Shown here one piece after another: positions 1 to 9,969 of a stretch of 64,000 nt of DNA (its first letter is position 1; each line of letters opens with the position of its first letter). The position numbers and the translations under genes are program-made. The notes below the pieces were generated by a model, which was not told where the DNA came from, ran no database searches, and saw nothing but the letters and a program-made list of their open reading frames with translations. This DNA comes from Vulcanimicrobiota bacterium. Lineage in GTDB: Bacteria; Vulcanimicrobiota; Vulcanimicrobiia; Vulcanimicrobiales; Vulcanimicrobiaceae. The stretch is taken from the NCBI GenBank assembly GCA_963820825.1, contig CAWGBN010000008.1, positions 162,011 through 226,010 of the forward strand. Direction: 5' to 3'.

Positions 1-946
1 GACCGGCGGCGCCGACGCCCCCGCACTCGAAAGCGCGCTGGCCAACGATGGCACCCTGGTCTTTCTCGCCAGCTCGACGGCGCAGCCGCCCGAGCTCTAC
101 AAATACTCGCCCGACGGTACGACGACGAAGGTGACGGCCTTCAATGCCGCGCTCGCGCAATATCAGTGGGCCGCGGCCGAACGGATGACGTTTCCGTCGA
201 GCACCGGCGTGACCGGCGACGGCGTGCTCTACCTTCCGCCGGGATTCTCACCCGCGCGACGGTACCCGCTCGTCGCCTTCATTCACGGCGGTCCCGACGA
301 CCCGTCGATGCTCGAGTTCGATTTTTGGGCGCAAGTAATGGCCGCGCGCGGATGGCTCGTGCTTCGTCCGAACTATCGCGGCACGCCGAATCTCGGTTTG
401 AAATACCAACGCGCGATTCTCTACGACCCCGAGGACGGCCCGGGCAAGGACATCGTCGCGGCGATCGATGCGGTTCGCGCCCGCCGCATCGTCGACGAAT
501 CCCGCGTCGCGGTCTGCGGGTGGTCGTACGGCGGCATCATGACCGCCTGGCTCATCTCGAAGTATCACTTTTGGCGCGCTGCCGTCTCCGGGGCATCGGT
601 CAACGATTGGATTACCGACTACGGGACCGCCGACGACAGCCTCGCCGACTCCGACCTTCTGCACGGATCGCCCTTCGTCGGAAACGAGGCGGCGGAGTGG
701 CGGCGCGTCTCCCCGATCTGGTACGCGCGCAACGTGACGACTCCGGTCCTCATTCTCTCCGACGTCGGCGACAATCGCGATCCGTTCGCGACCTCGTCGA
801 TGTATTGGCGCGCGCTACGCGACAATCATAAAGACGCGACGCTGCGGGTCTGGCCGGTCAACGGACACTTCCCGACAGACCCGGTGCGCATCGTCGACAT
901 CTACCACTACTGGATCGACTTCATCGCCCAGCACTTCGAGAACTAG
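1..946 (+). CDS. S9 family serine peptidase (prolyl oligopeptidase/dipeptidyl peptidase type), C-terminal catalytic domain; 5' end outside window
   Basis: Frame of ORF 131..946 stays open back to nt 2; nucleophile elbow GWSYGG, FIHGGP, alpha/beta-hydrolase layout. Confidence 0.8.
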   Translation, partial: TGGADAPALESALANDGTLVFLASSTAQPPELYKYSPDGTTTKVTAFNAALAQYQWAAAERMTFPSSTGVTGDGVLYLPPGFSPARRYPLVAFIHGGPDDPSMLEFDFWAQVMAARGWLVLRPNYRGTPNLGLKYQRAILYDPEDGPGKDIVAAIDAVRARRIVDESRVAVCGWSYGGIMTAWLISKYHFWRAAVSGASVNDWITDYGTADDSLADSDLLHGSPFVGNEAAEWRRVSPIWYARNVTTPVLILSDVGDNRDPFATSSMYWRALRDNHKDATLRVWPVNGHFPTDPVRIVDIYHYWIDFIAQHFEN

Positions 947-2394
947 AACAGGCTCCACAGGTACTGGTTGTAGACCTCGTGGTGGTAGATCACTTCCTGC
1001 GACTTGACGAACGTTCCGAGTAGGCGCGGACAGCGATCGGCACTCGCCTGTTTGAGATCGGCGTAGCGCTTCTTTACGTCGTCGCCGAGCAGCTTGCCGG
1101 TCCACTCCGATTCGCGGAACGCCGCAAGCGCGTCGTAGATGTTGTCGGGCAGATAGCGATCGGCTTGACGCAGATTTTTGAGACTGCTGGTCGTTCCTTC
1201 GAGACCCGTCTTGAAGACCGCGAGCATCACCATATAGGGATTGGCGTCGGGCGCAACCGAACGCACTTCAGTACGCATGCTGCGCTCGTTGCCGATCGGG
1301 ATGCGAACCATCGAGCCGCGATCGATCGCCGAAGCCTTGAGCTGATTGGGGGCTTCGAAATGCGGGTCGAGCCGCCGGTACGAGTTGACGCTCGAGTTGA
1401 GCATCAAGCAGATGTCGTTGCCGTGGGTTAGGATCCGGTCGACGAACTTCCAACCGAAGCCGCTGAGCTGCTCTTGGCCTTTGGGGTCCCAAAAAAGGTT
1501 CTTGCCGTTCTTGCTGACCGAGACGTTGGTGTGCATGCCGCTGCCGTTGACGCCGACGACCGGCTTGGGCAGGAAGCTTGCGGTCATGCCCAACTTCGTC
1601 GCGACTTGGCGACAGATCAGCTTGTAGAGCTGGATCTGATCGGCGGCCGCGACGACCTCGCCGTAGCTGTAGTTGATCTCGAACTGCGAAGGCGCGACCT
1701 CCGGGTGATCCTTTTCGTTTTGGAAGCCCATCGCGCGCTGCACCTCCGCGACCGTGTCGATGAAGTTGCGCAGCGGATCGCCCGGAAGCGAATGATAGTA
1801 GCCGCCGGTGTTGACGTACTCGAACTTACCGGTCTCGTGATAGCGGCGTTCGGCGTCGAGATCCTTGAAGAGGAAGCCTTCGATTTCGTTGGCAGCATTG
1901 AGTGCGTAGCCTTCCTTCGCGTAGCAATCGTTCGCGAACTTCTTGAGCGCGCCGCGAATGTCGCCGGCAAACGGTTTGCCGTCGCGGTCGAAAACGTCGC
2001 CGAAGACCAGCACTTTCCCCGGCCCGAAGATATCGGCAGGGCCCCAATAGAACGCGCTCCAGTCGAGCGAGAGACGCAGATCGCTCTCTCGCTGCGGCGT
2101 AAAGCCGCGAATCGAGGAACCGTCGAAAGTTAGGTTATCGTGGGAGCGCAGTAAAAACTTTTTGTCGTAGTCGAGCATGTGCAGGCGCCCCTCGAGGTCG
2201 CTGAAGAGCACCGTGAGTGCTTTGATGCGCGGCTCGCCGGCGAGATAGCGGAGGCGTTCCTCTTGAAGCGCTCGCAGCGGCACGCGTTCTTGGCGTTGCG
2301 CCTTCGCGCGCAGGTTGAGCTCTTCGAGCTCGGAGTAAGGCAACGTGAGAAAGTCGCGCAGTTCGGCGCCGGTCGGCAGGTCCGTCGAATGCAT
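943..2394 (-). CDS. glnA: glutamine synthetase family protein
   Basis: 483 aa; GS catalytic motifs NGSGMHTNVS and NSYRRL, QFEINY region. Confidence 0.8.
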   Translation of the reverse strand: MHSTDLPTGAELRDFLTLPYSELEELNLRAKAQRQERVPLRALQEERLRYLAGEPRIKALTVLFSDLEGRLHMLDYDKKFLLRSHDNLTFDGSSIRGFTPQRESDLRLSLDWSAFYWGPADIFGPGKVLVFGDVFDRDGKPFAGDIRGALKKFANDCYAKEGYALNAANEIEGFLFKDLDAERRYHETGKFEYVNTGGYYHSLPGDPLRNFIDTVAEVQRAMGFQNEKDHPEVAPSQFEINYSYGEVVAAADQIQLYKLICRQVATKLGMTASFLPKPVVGVNGSGMHTNVSVSKNGKNLFWDPKGQEQLSGFGWKFVDRILTHGNDICLMLNSSVNSYRRLDPHFEAPNQLKASAIDRGSMVRIPIGNERSMRTEVRSVAPDANPYMVMLAVFKTGLEGTTSSLKNLRQADRYLPDNIYDALAAFRESEWTGKLLGDDVKKRYADLKQASADRCPRLLGTFVKSQEVIYHHEVYNQYLWSLF

Positions 2395-2554
2395 CGTCGC
2401 TCGAATCTCCTTTAGTGCGGCGAGTTGTTGGGACGACGATTACCCGGCCGGCCGGGCGCGCCTTTGTCCACTTGGTACACGTGCTTGGGACAAACGTGGG
2501 CCGGACCGCTCTCCCAAGGGCATCGAAAAGCAGTATCGGGCGCCTCGAGTGCCA

Positions 2555-3151
2555 ATGAGTCGCCTGATGAAGCCATTGCGTACGAGCGCCTTGACGCTAC
2601 TTGCTCTACTCGGTACGCTGCCGGCGGTAGCCGCCGAGAGCTGGACCGTGGACCCGGTCCACTCGACGGCGCAGTTTACCGCACGCCACTTCGGCATCGT
2701 TCCGGTCATCGGAACGATACCGATCGTCCGGGCCTCGCTCGAGCTGAACTCCGGCTCGCAGATCCCCGCGGTCGTGACGGCGGAGCTCGATGCCTCGAAG
2801 GTCGACACGCACAACGACATGCGCGATTCGGATCTTCGATCCGTGCACTATTTCAACGTCGACGCGACGCCGGCGATCAAATTCGTCAGCACGAAGGTCA
2901 CCGCCGGAACCGATTCGGCACACTTCACCATCACCGGCGATCTGACGATGCACGGCCAGACGCATCCCGTCACCATGAGCGCGCAGATCGTCGCTTCGGG
3001 CAAGACGCCGCGCGGCCGATCGGTCATCGCGTACTCTGCGGTAGTTACGATCGATCGCACGCAGTGGGGAATGACCTACGGCCCGCTCATCGTCGGCAAT
3101 AGCGTCGACATCTCGATCAACGTGGAGGCGGACGCTCCGCCGAGCTCTTAA
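2555..3151 (+). CDS. YceI family periplasmic protein
   Basis: Start moved to ATG 2555 (MSRLMKPLRTSALTLLALLGTLPAVAA signal peptide); W.VDP.HS...F...H motif typical of YceI. Confidence 0.75.
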   Translation: MSRLMKPLRTSALTLLALLGTLPAVAAESWTVDPVHSTAQFTARHFGIVPVIGTIPIVRASLELNSGSQIPAVVTAELDASKVDTHNDMRDSDLRSVHYFNVDATPAIKFVSTKVTAGTDSAHFTITGDLTMHGQTHPVTMSAQIVASGKTPRGRSVIAYSAVVTIDRTQWGMTYGPLIVGNSVDISINVEADAPPSS

Positions 3152-5292
3152 GGCGGCAATACCTGGGGCGCGACGGAGGCATCGCCGCGAAGGCGCAGCG
3201 CATCGGAAGCGGATCCGAGCGACGCGTCGTACGAACCTCCGCCAACCACCCATTCGTCCTTTGCCGCATCGAAGTCGGCGAGCAGCCGCGGGTCGGCGAC
3301 GACGGTGAGGCTGCGGCTCGCGCCCGGCGCGAGCGTCACCGCCATCCACCCAAGCAGCCGCATCGCGGGTTGGCCGAGCCGCGCGGTGAGGTAAATCTGG
3401 GGCACGTCGGTTCCGGCACGCCCTCCGGTGTTGGTGACGGTGAAGCTTGCGGTCAACGTTCTGCCGCCGGTCACGCGGAAGTCGCCGTAGCGAAAGCTCG
3501 TGTACGAAAGACCGTAGCCGAAGGCAAAGAGCGGCTGCAGGTTCTCTCTTGCAAAGCGCCGGTAACCAACGTCGCTCCCTTCGGAATACTCCACGGAGAA
3601 TGGACGAAGGTCGAGCGCCGTTCGGTATCCGCGGACGCCCGCGGCTTCGAGCGAGAGCAGTTCCTCGAGCCCTGGCAGGTCGGGATGGACCAGCTGCGAT
3701 TGTGCCGCCGGAAAGGTGATCGGGAGCCTTCCGCTCGCATCGACTGAGCCGAAGAGCACGTTCGCGATCGCCTCTCCGCCCCGCTCGCCCGGATACCAGG
3801 CTTCGAGTACCGCACGCACGCGATCGAGCCATGGCATCACGATCGGATTGCCGGTCTCGAGCACGACGACGGTGCGCGGATTGGCCGCCGCGACCGTGGC
3901 GATCAGAGCATCTTGGCCCGACGGAAGCTCGAGTTCGGGGAGGTCGGTGCCCTCCGACGCCCATTGCGTGGCGAAGACGATCGCAACGTCGGCATCCTTC
4001 GCCAGTTTCGCCGCCACGCCGGGATAACGGCCGTCGTTGAAGCTCACCGCGGCGCGCGGCGCGATCGCGCGGATGGCGGCCAGCGGCGGCGAGCGATCGA
4101 AGAACATGAAGGGCGTATCCTCGCCGCCGATTGGGACGAGCAGCGCCCGCGCGACGGGCAGAACCTGCGACGAGCCCCCGCCCGACAAGACGCCGGCATC
4201 GGCGTAGCCGCCGATCACCGCGATGCGCGATACCGAATGCCCGAGCGGCAGTATCCCGTCGTTCTTGAGCAGGACGCTGCCGCGCTGCGCGACCTGTAAG
4301 GCAACGTTGCCATGCGCGGGGGCGTCGATCGGCGACGGTTGCGGCGGCTGCTCGAAGAGTCCGGCCGCGAGCATCGATCGTAGGATGCGACGATTCATGT
4401 CGAGCAGCCGCGACTCGGGAACCGCGCCCGCCGCGAGGACCGCACGATTGCTCTGCGCCGCCGACTCTTGATCGAGTCCGTTCGTTGCCGCATCGAGCGC
4501 GTGAACGGCTCCCCAATCCGACATCACCCAGCCGGAAAAGACCCAATCGCGTTTGAGGACGTCGTCGAGCAGGTGTGCGTTTTCGCAGGCGTACGTGCCG
4601 TTGACGCGATTGAGCGCGCACATAACCGCGCCGGGCCGGCCGCGCTCGAGCGCGAGCTCAAAGGCCAGCAGATCGCTCTCGCGCATCGCGGCTTCGCCGA
4701 CATCGGCCGAGAGCACGAAGCGTCCCGTCTCCTGATCGTTCACCGCAAAGTGTTTCACCGCGGCGACGACGTGCTGGTCCTGGATGCCGCAGATTGCTTC
4801 GCCGGCGAGCCTTCCGGCGAGCAGCGGATCCTCGCCGAAGTATTCGAAGGTTCGGCCGTTGCGCGGATCGCGCGCGAGATTGAGTCCGGGTCCCAAGAGG
4901 ACGTTAAAGCCCTTGCGCCAGGCTTCATCGCCGACGACCGCTCCGTAGCGATAGGCGAGCTGCGGGTCCCACGTTGCGGCCAGCGCAATCGCCGACGGCA
5001 TCGCGGTCGCCGGCGCGTGACGGCGCGTATTCGTCGAGCTTGCGACGCCGAGGCCGGCATCGGTCTCCTGCAAGGCCGGAACGCCGAGGCGCGGTATCCC
5101 GGGCACGTATCCCGCCGAACCGATTGCGCCGGTGCGTACGCCGTCACGAACCGGTACGCCCGATTCGCCGCGCACGAGTACGAAGCGTTCGTCCGGCGTC
5201 ATTGCCGAGACGATCTGCGTACTCTTGGCCTCAATCGCGGCCGACGTAAGCAGCGATCCGCAGAGCGCTACTGCAAGGATCACCTCTTCCAC
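3148..5292 (-). CDS. glycoside hydrolase family 3 (beta-glucosidase-like), secreted
   Basis: 714 aa; GH3 signatures (GPGLNLARDPRNGR, VMSDWGA nucleophile region), N-terminal signal-like segment. Confidence 0.85.
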   Translation of the reverse strand: MEEVILAVALCGSLLTSAAIEAKSTQIVSAMTPDERFVLVRGESGVPVRDGVRTGAIGSAGYVPGIPRLGVPALQETDAGLGVASSTNTRRHAPATAMPSAIALAATWDPQLAYRYGAVVGDEAWRKGFNVLLGPGLNLARDPRNGRTFEYFGEDPLLAGRLAGEAICGIQDQHVVAAVKHFAVNDQETGRFVLSADVGEAAMRESDLLAFELALERGRPGAVMCALNRVNGTYACENAHLLDDVLKRDWVFSGWVMSDWGAVHALDAATNGLDQESAAQSNRAVLAAGAVPESRLLDMNRRILRSMLAAGLFEQPPQPSPIDAPAHGNVALQVAQRGSVLLKNDGILPLGHSVSRIAVIGGYADAGVLSGGGSSQVLPVARALLVPIGGEDTPFMFFDRSPPLAAIRAIAPRAAVSFNDGRYPGVAAKLAKDADVAIVFATQWASEGTDLPELELPSGQDALIATVAAANPRTVVVLETGNPIVMPWLDRVRAVLEAWYPGERGGEAIANVLFGSVDASGRLPITFPAAQSQLVHPDLPGLEELLSLEAAGVRGYRTALDLRPFSVEYSEGSDVGYRRFARENLQPLFAFGYGLSYTSFRYGDFRVTGGRTLTASFTVTNTGGRAGTDVPQIYLTARLGQPAMRLLGWMAVTLAPGASRSLTVVADPRLLADFDAAKDEWVVGGGSYDASLGSASDALRLRGDASVAPQVLPP

Positions 5293-5738
5293 CCATAGAG
5301 CGCATCGCGCTCACGCTCTTCGTTTCCCGAACCGTCAGTCGTCTGCACTAGGTTAAATCCGGCGCGCTCGTAGAACGCGATCGCCTCGACATTGCGCTGA
5401 AAGACCCATAGCTGCAGGGCATCGTGGGCTTCCATCGTCCGCGCCAGCAGTGCGGAACCAATCCCGTGTCGTTGCTGCAGCGGATGGACGTACAGATGAT
5501 TGAGCCACCCGTTTCGATAGGCGCAATACGCAACGACGGTGCCGCGAAGCTCCGCGACCAGCACTGCGCTCTCGCACAGAACGCCGAAAAAATATGCGAC
5601 GTCTTCCTCAGGTGTATGAAGGTCCGGTAGATACGGCATGCAGGCTTCTCGCACCAGCCGATGGAGTCGCGCAATCGACACGACGTCGCTAGGCGTCGCG
5701 GGCCGAATCCGTGGCAGGTCCTTTGCATCGGAGAACAT
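5280..5738 (-). CDS. GNAT family N-acetyltransferase
   Basis: 152 aa; acetyl-CoA binding motif QQRHGIGSALL, ERAGF tail. Confidence 0.75.
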   Translation of the reverse strand: MFSDAKDLPRIRPATPSDVVSIARLHRLVREACMPYLPDLHTPEEDVAYFFGVLCESAVLVAELRGTVVAYCAYRNGWLNHLYVHPLQQRHGIGSALLARTMEAHDALQLWVFQRNVEAIAFYERAGFNLVQTTDGSGNEERERDALYGWKR

Positions 5739-5841
5739 GAGCGTTCGCTCTTACGGTTTTGAAGAAAAACTGCCTGTAGAGCGGCTAGGCTTCCGCGCGA
5801 GCTTCGAGGAGCGGCCGAATCGAGAGTGAAGCATCGAGAGG

Positions 5842-7230
5842 ATGAGATTCGATTGCCGTTGCCCGCACGCTCGATACTCTCCGCTGGTCTTCGCCGAGGC
5901 CCAGCGCGTCCTTGGCCGGCGCGCCTTTCTGGCCGGCGCCGGCGCCGCAGGCGCTGCGCTCCTCTTGCCGTGGCGCGCCCGAGCGGCCACCGTCACCGTC
6001 ATCAAGACGACGCGGCTCTTCGACGGCCACACGATGCACGCACCCGGCGTGCTGGTCATGAGCGGCGACCGAATCGTTTCGATGTCGGAAGGCGACGCGG
6101 GCGCGGGAGCGGCGGTCGTCGAGCTCGGCGACGCGACGATCATGCCGGGCCTGATCGACTGTCACACGCACGTCGCCGATTTTGTCTTGCCCTCGCACTA
6201 CCTCACGATGCTGTTTCCGAAGTACCGCGCGGCCGATAACGTTCCGGAAGCGACGATTTACAGCGTTCGCAACGCGCAGACGATGCTGCGCAACGGGTTC
6301 ACGACCGTGCGCGACGTCGGCGGCGGGGCGGGCATCGATCTCGCCGTTCGCAATGCCATTGCGAACGGGGCCATCGTGGGACCGCAGATCTTTGCGGCCG
6401 GACAGGCGCTCTCGATCACCGGCGGACACGGCGACTCCAACGACGTTCCGGGGTGGGTCGAGGAAGACCCCAGCGTACGAGTCGGCGCGATCTCGTACGG
6501 ACCCTACGGATTTCGCGAGCTCGTCCGGCAGAACGTGAAGCTGCACGTCGACGTCATTAAGATTCTCGCCACGGGCGGCGTGCTCTCCTATGGCGACGTG
6601 TGGGATATCCCGCAGTTCAACCTCGACGAAGTGCAAGCGGTCGTCGAAGAGTCGACGAAGTTCCGGCGCAAGGTTGCCGCCCACGCGCACGGGGACGAAG
6701 GCATCGCCGTCGCCGTCAACGGCGGCGTGCACTCCGTCGAACACGGAACCGGCGTAAGCGAGAAGACCCTCGACGTCATGGTGCAGCGCGGAACGAATCT
6801 CGTGCCCACGATCTGGGCACTCGATTCGATTCTGCAACCCGGCAACCCGAACCACATCCCGCCGGGATCCGTGCAGAAGGCCGAGTACGCCGCGCAGCTT
6901 CGCAACGCCGGCATGCACCGCGCCGTCGCGTCGAGCGTGAAGATCGCCTACGGAACCGATGCCGGCGTCTTCCCGCACGATCAGAACAACAAGGACTTCG
7001 CGCTGATGGTGGGGCTTGGCATGCGCCCGATCGGCGTGCTGCGCTCGGCGACCGCGAACGCAGCCGAGCTGATCGGCGTGACCGATCGCGGCGTGTTGGC
7101 GCCGGGCAAACGCGCCGACGTCGTCGTCTTCAACGGCGATCCGAGCCGCGATATCGCGTTGATGGAACGCCAGCCGGCGATGGTCGTTCTCGGCGGCCAA
7201 AAGATCGACATCGCGATTCTTCCAAGTTAG
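5842..7230 (+). CDS. amidohydrolase family metallohydrolase with Tat-type signal
   Basis: GRRAFLAGAGAAGAALLLP twin-arginine leader; metal-binding IDCHTHV, AHAHG, GTDAG. Confidence 0.8.
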   Translation: MRFDCRCPHARYSPLVFAEAQRVLGRRAFLAGAGAAGAALLLPWRARAATVTVIKTTRLFDGHTMHAPGVLVMSGDRIVSMSEGDAGAGAAVVELGDATIMPGLIDCHTHVADFVLPSHYLTMLFPKYRAADNVPEATIYSVRNAQTMLRNGFTTVRDVGGGAGIDLAVRNAIANGAIVGPQIFAAGQALSITGGHGDSNDVPGWVEEDPSVRVGAISYGPYGFRELVRQNVKLHVDVIKILATGGVLSYGDVWDIPQFNLDEVQAVVEESTKFRRKVAAHAHGDEGIAVAVNGGVHSVEHGTGVSEKTLDVMVQRGTNLVPTIWALDSILQPGNPNHIPPGSVQKAEYAAQLRNAGMHRAVASSVKIAYGTDAGVFPHDQNNKDFALMVGLGMRPIGVLRSATANAAELIGVTDRGVLAPGKRADVVVFNGDPSRDIALMERQPAMVVLGGQKIDIAILPS

Positions 7231-7235
7231 CGATC

Positions 7236-7757
7236 TTGGTTCCGGTCATCGAAACGCCGCGTCTGCGTCTGCGCGGGCACCGCTACGGCGATTTACCCGA
7301 TTGTGTCGCGATGTGGTCGGATCCGAACGTGACGAAGTTCATCGGCGGGCGAGCCTCGACCGAGCAGCAGACCTGGGCGAGGCTGCTCGCGTATGCCGGA
7401 CACTGGTCGCTGATGGGCTTCGGTTATTGGGCGATCGAGGAAAAGCTCTCGAAAGATTTCGTTGGAGAGGTCGGCTTTGCCGATTTCAAGCGCGACATCG
7501 CGGCTTCGATGAAAGGCAAGCCCGAGCTGGGATTCGCCTTGGCATCCCGATTTCACGGAAAGGGTTATGCGACGGAGGCCGTACGTGCCGCGCTCGCGTG
7601 GGCCGACGCGCATCTGGGGTACGCCGGCACCGTCTGCCTGGTGAGCCCGCAGAATCTCGCATCGTTGCGGGTCGTAGAGAAATGCGGCTATAGCCTCTTC
7701 GAGCGGAGCCTCTATAACGAGCAGCCGGTGCTCTTTCTTTCGCGCGGCGCGGGCTGA
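7236..7757 (+). CDS. GNAT family N-acetyltransferase (RimJ/RimL-like)
   Basis: C-terminal part of ORF 6600..7757; N-terminus IETPRLRLRG typical of the family; TTG 7236 is the first start after the upstream stop (start uncertain). Confidence 0.6.
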   Translation: MVPVIETPRLRLRGHRYGDLPDCVAMWSDPNVTKFIGGRASTEQQTWARLLAYAGHWSLMGFGYWAIEEKLSKDFVGEVGFADFKRDIAASMKGKPELGFALASRFHGKGYATEAVRAALAWADAHLGYAGTVCLVSPQNLASLRVVEKCGYSLFERSLYNEQPVLFLSRGAG

Positions 7758-7772
7758 CGCGCACGACGCACT

Positions 7773-9005
7773 TCAGGCGAACGCGGTTTCGCGCCGTGCC
7801 TCCCAATCGATGCGCGTCAACGGGCCGGTGAGGAAGACCCAGGCTGCCGCACCGACCAGAGCAACCGCCGCTTCGATGGTGAACGGCAGCCTGAAGCTGC
7901 CGGTGACGTCGACCAAAATGCCGGTCAGCGCCGGCGCGATCAAGCCGGCGAAATTCGCGATGAAGTTCTGCACTCCCGTCCATCGCCCGGCGGCAGCGCT
8001 ACCACCGCGCACTTGAGCGACGACGTAGCAATGCACCGCAAAGGTTCCGCCGAAGAGGCCGCCGATCACGAGCCACACGGTCGAGCCGATGGTATCGGAG
8101 TAGCCGACTCCGATCAGCGAGATCGCCAGCCCCACGCCGCCAATCGCCCAGCACGACTTTCGAACCATCGTCGGCGAACCACCGTTGCGGACGAGCCGGT
8201 CGGCAACCCAGCCGGTTACAATTGCCGACGTACCCGATGCCAGATACGCCGCACCACCGATCACCGCCATCTGCTGCAGCGACCAGTGACGCTCGTGCAC
8301 CAGATAATACGGAATCCACGTAGTGTTGAAATAGAGAACGAAGTTGCCGCAAAAATGGCCGATCGACGCGCCCCAGAGCGATGGCTCGCGTAAGATCAGA
8401 TCCATCGGCACGGCGTCGGGCGATCGAGTGCTTTCGGTCCGCCGCACGTAGCCGTGCGCCAACGTCAGCCACGCGAGTGCCCAAAGTAAGCTGAACGCGC
8501 CGAAGCTAACGAAAAACAGGCGCCATCCGAACGCCGCCGTCAGCATCCCGCCGAAGAAGACGCCAAAGGCTGGGCCAAAAGAGATTCCCGCCATCACAAT
8601 TCCATTTGCGATGCCGCGCCGCTCCTCGTCGACGGTTTCCGCCAGGAGCTTCGCGGTTGCCGGGAACGAAACCGATTCACCGATGCCGAGCAACAATCGG
8701 CACGCAAAGAGCGCGGCAAAGCCGGCCACGAGTCCGGTGACGACCGTTGCGAACGACCAAATGAGAAAGCCCGCAAGCAGGACGCGGCCTGCACCGAAGC
8801 TCTCGACGAGCCAGCCGACTACCGGTTGCATCGGCACGTAGGTGATGAAAAATGCCGTCAGCAGAAAGCCGAGTTGCGTCGCGCTGATGTGCAACTCGGC
8901 TTTGATGAGCGTCGAGGCGGTAGCAAGATTACCGCGATCTACATAGTTGATGAGGATCGCAAGACCAAGCAGAATCAGAATCGCCGTTATTTGGCGCTGC
9001 CTCAC
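7773..9005 (-). CDS. MFS transporter
   Basis: 410 aa, about 12 hydrophobic segments, DRGN/GRV-type loop motifs. Confidence 0.8.
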   Translation of the reverse strand: MRQRQITAILILLGLAILINYVDRGNLATASTLIKAELHISATQLGFLLTAFFITYVPMQPVVGWLVESFGAGRVLLAGFLIWSFATVVTGLVAGFAALFACRLLLGIGESVSFPATAKLLAETVDEERRGIANGIVMAGISFGPAFGVFFGGMLTAAFGWRLFFVSFGAFSLLWALAWLTLAHGYVRRTESTRSPDAVPMDLILREPSLWGASIGHFCGNFVLYFNTTWIPYYLVHERHWSLQQMAVIGGAAYLASGTSAIVTGWVADRLVRNGGSPTMVRKSCWAIGGVGLAISLIGVGYSDTIGSTVWLVIGGLFGGTFAVHCYVVAQVRGGSAAAGRWTGVQNFIANFAGLIAPALTGILVDVTGSFRLPFTIEAAVALVGAAAWVFLTGPLTRIDWEARRETAFA

Positions 9006-9047
9006 AGCGCCGGCTTATTCCTCACCGTACGAAAAAGCCCTCGGTCG

Positions 9048-9956
9048 CTACCGCCGAGAATACCACCTCAGGACGCGCATCGCGCGCAGCGTGTTCCAGC
9101 GGCTCGCTCTACCGGTCTCTACTTCCAATGGAAAGCCCAACCGATCCGCGTGGAGATGGTTCATCGGCCACCGTCCGTTTTGATGGCGTCGCGCCTCGAC
9201 GATGCCGATCGCTTCGGCGACGCGTTCGTCGGGCTCGAGACCGGCGCTTGCCAGATACGCAAGGCCACGCAAGACGTCGTAATGCCACACGGTAGGAAAT
9301 GCAAAGCGCGTCCACATGCGGTCGACGATCTCTCCGGTAGACAACCGCCTGAACATCCGGCGCTCCAGCAGATACTCGTGCGCTCTCCGGCGCGCCTCGG
9401 TAACGGCCGCCGCGGCGCCCCATCGCCGTTCGAACTCCAATAGACCTTCCAATACGCGGCTCGTCGAATGAAATGACGCGCGGGTGCTCGGCGGCGCCTT
9501 GCAGTTCCATCCGCCGTCAGCGAGTTGTTCGCCGAGCAGACCCTCGACGACGCGATCGCAGCGCTCGCCAAAATAACTGCCGAACGCAAGAATCGCACCG
9601 TTGATGCACGGCTCGGTCTCGCCCTCAAAATAGGGACGGTTCTCGAGGCTCTCCCACTTCAGATTCTCGTTCACTCGCGAGATCGCACGGCGGGCCCCGT
9701 CGCTCGACGGATCCAGACCCATTTCGCGCAAGAGCGCGAGCGCATCCATCGTGATCATCCAGCCTCGATCGTTTGGGGTCCACCACCCCTGCGGAGCCTG
9801 ACGCTCGAGCAACGCTCGCCCCCAGCCTTCGCGCGCCACGCGCGCTCGCTCCACGGCGACGGCCTCGGCGGGCTCGTCGGTCAGATCGCGCATAACCTGC
9901 CATCGAATCGCCGGGTCGCCGTCGAGAAGCCAGCGGATAACGCTCGCCTCGCTCAC
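9048..9956 (-). CDS. hypothetical protein, possibly prenyltransferase/terpene-cyclase-like alpha-alpha toroid repeats
   Basis: Trimmed to GTG 9956 because the longer ORF overlaps the upstream gene; repeated W/G-rich helical repeats (GGWN, QNGRW). Function is a guess. Confidence 0.45.
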   Translation of the reverse strand: MSEASVIRWLLDGDPAIRWQVMRDLTDEPAEAVAVERARVAREGWGRALLERQAPQGWWTPNDRGWMITMDALALLREMGLDPSSDGARRAISRVNENLKWESLENRPYFEGETEPCINGAILAFGSYFGERCDRVVEGLLGEQLADGGWNCKAPPSTRASFHSTSRVLEGLLEFERRWGAAAAVTEARRRAHEYLLERRMFRRLSTGEIVDRMWTRFAFPTVWHYDVLRGLAYLASAGLEPDERVAEAIGIVEARRHQNGRWPMNHLHADRLGFPLEVETGRASRWNTLRAMRVLRWYSRR

Positions 9957-9969
9957 CGGCGTTTCGTGC

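Noticed and set aside
2606-4621. 671-aa ORF antisense to the GH3 gene. Similar long Arg/Ala/Pro-rich ORFs occur at 31133..32332, 33701..35734, 36040..37956, 42664..43572 and 45717..46775
   Set aside because: Extreme Arg/Ala/Gly/Pro composition with no recognisable motifs. They lie opposite or out of frame to genes with clear family signatures, which is the typical stop-poor off-frame artefact of GC-rich DNA.
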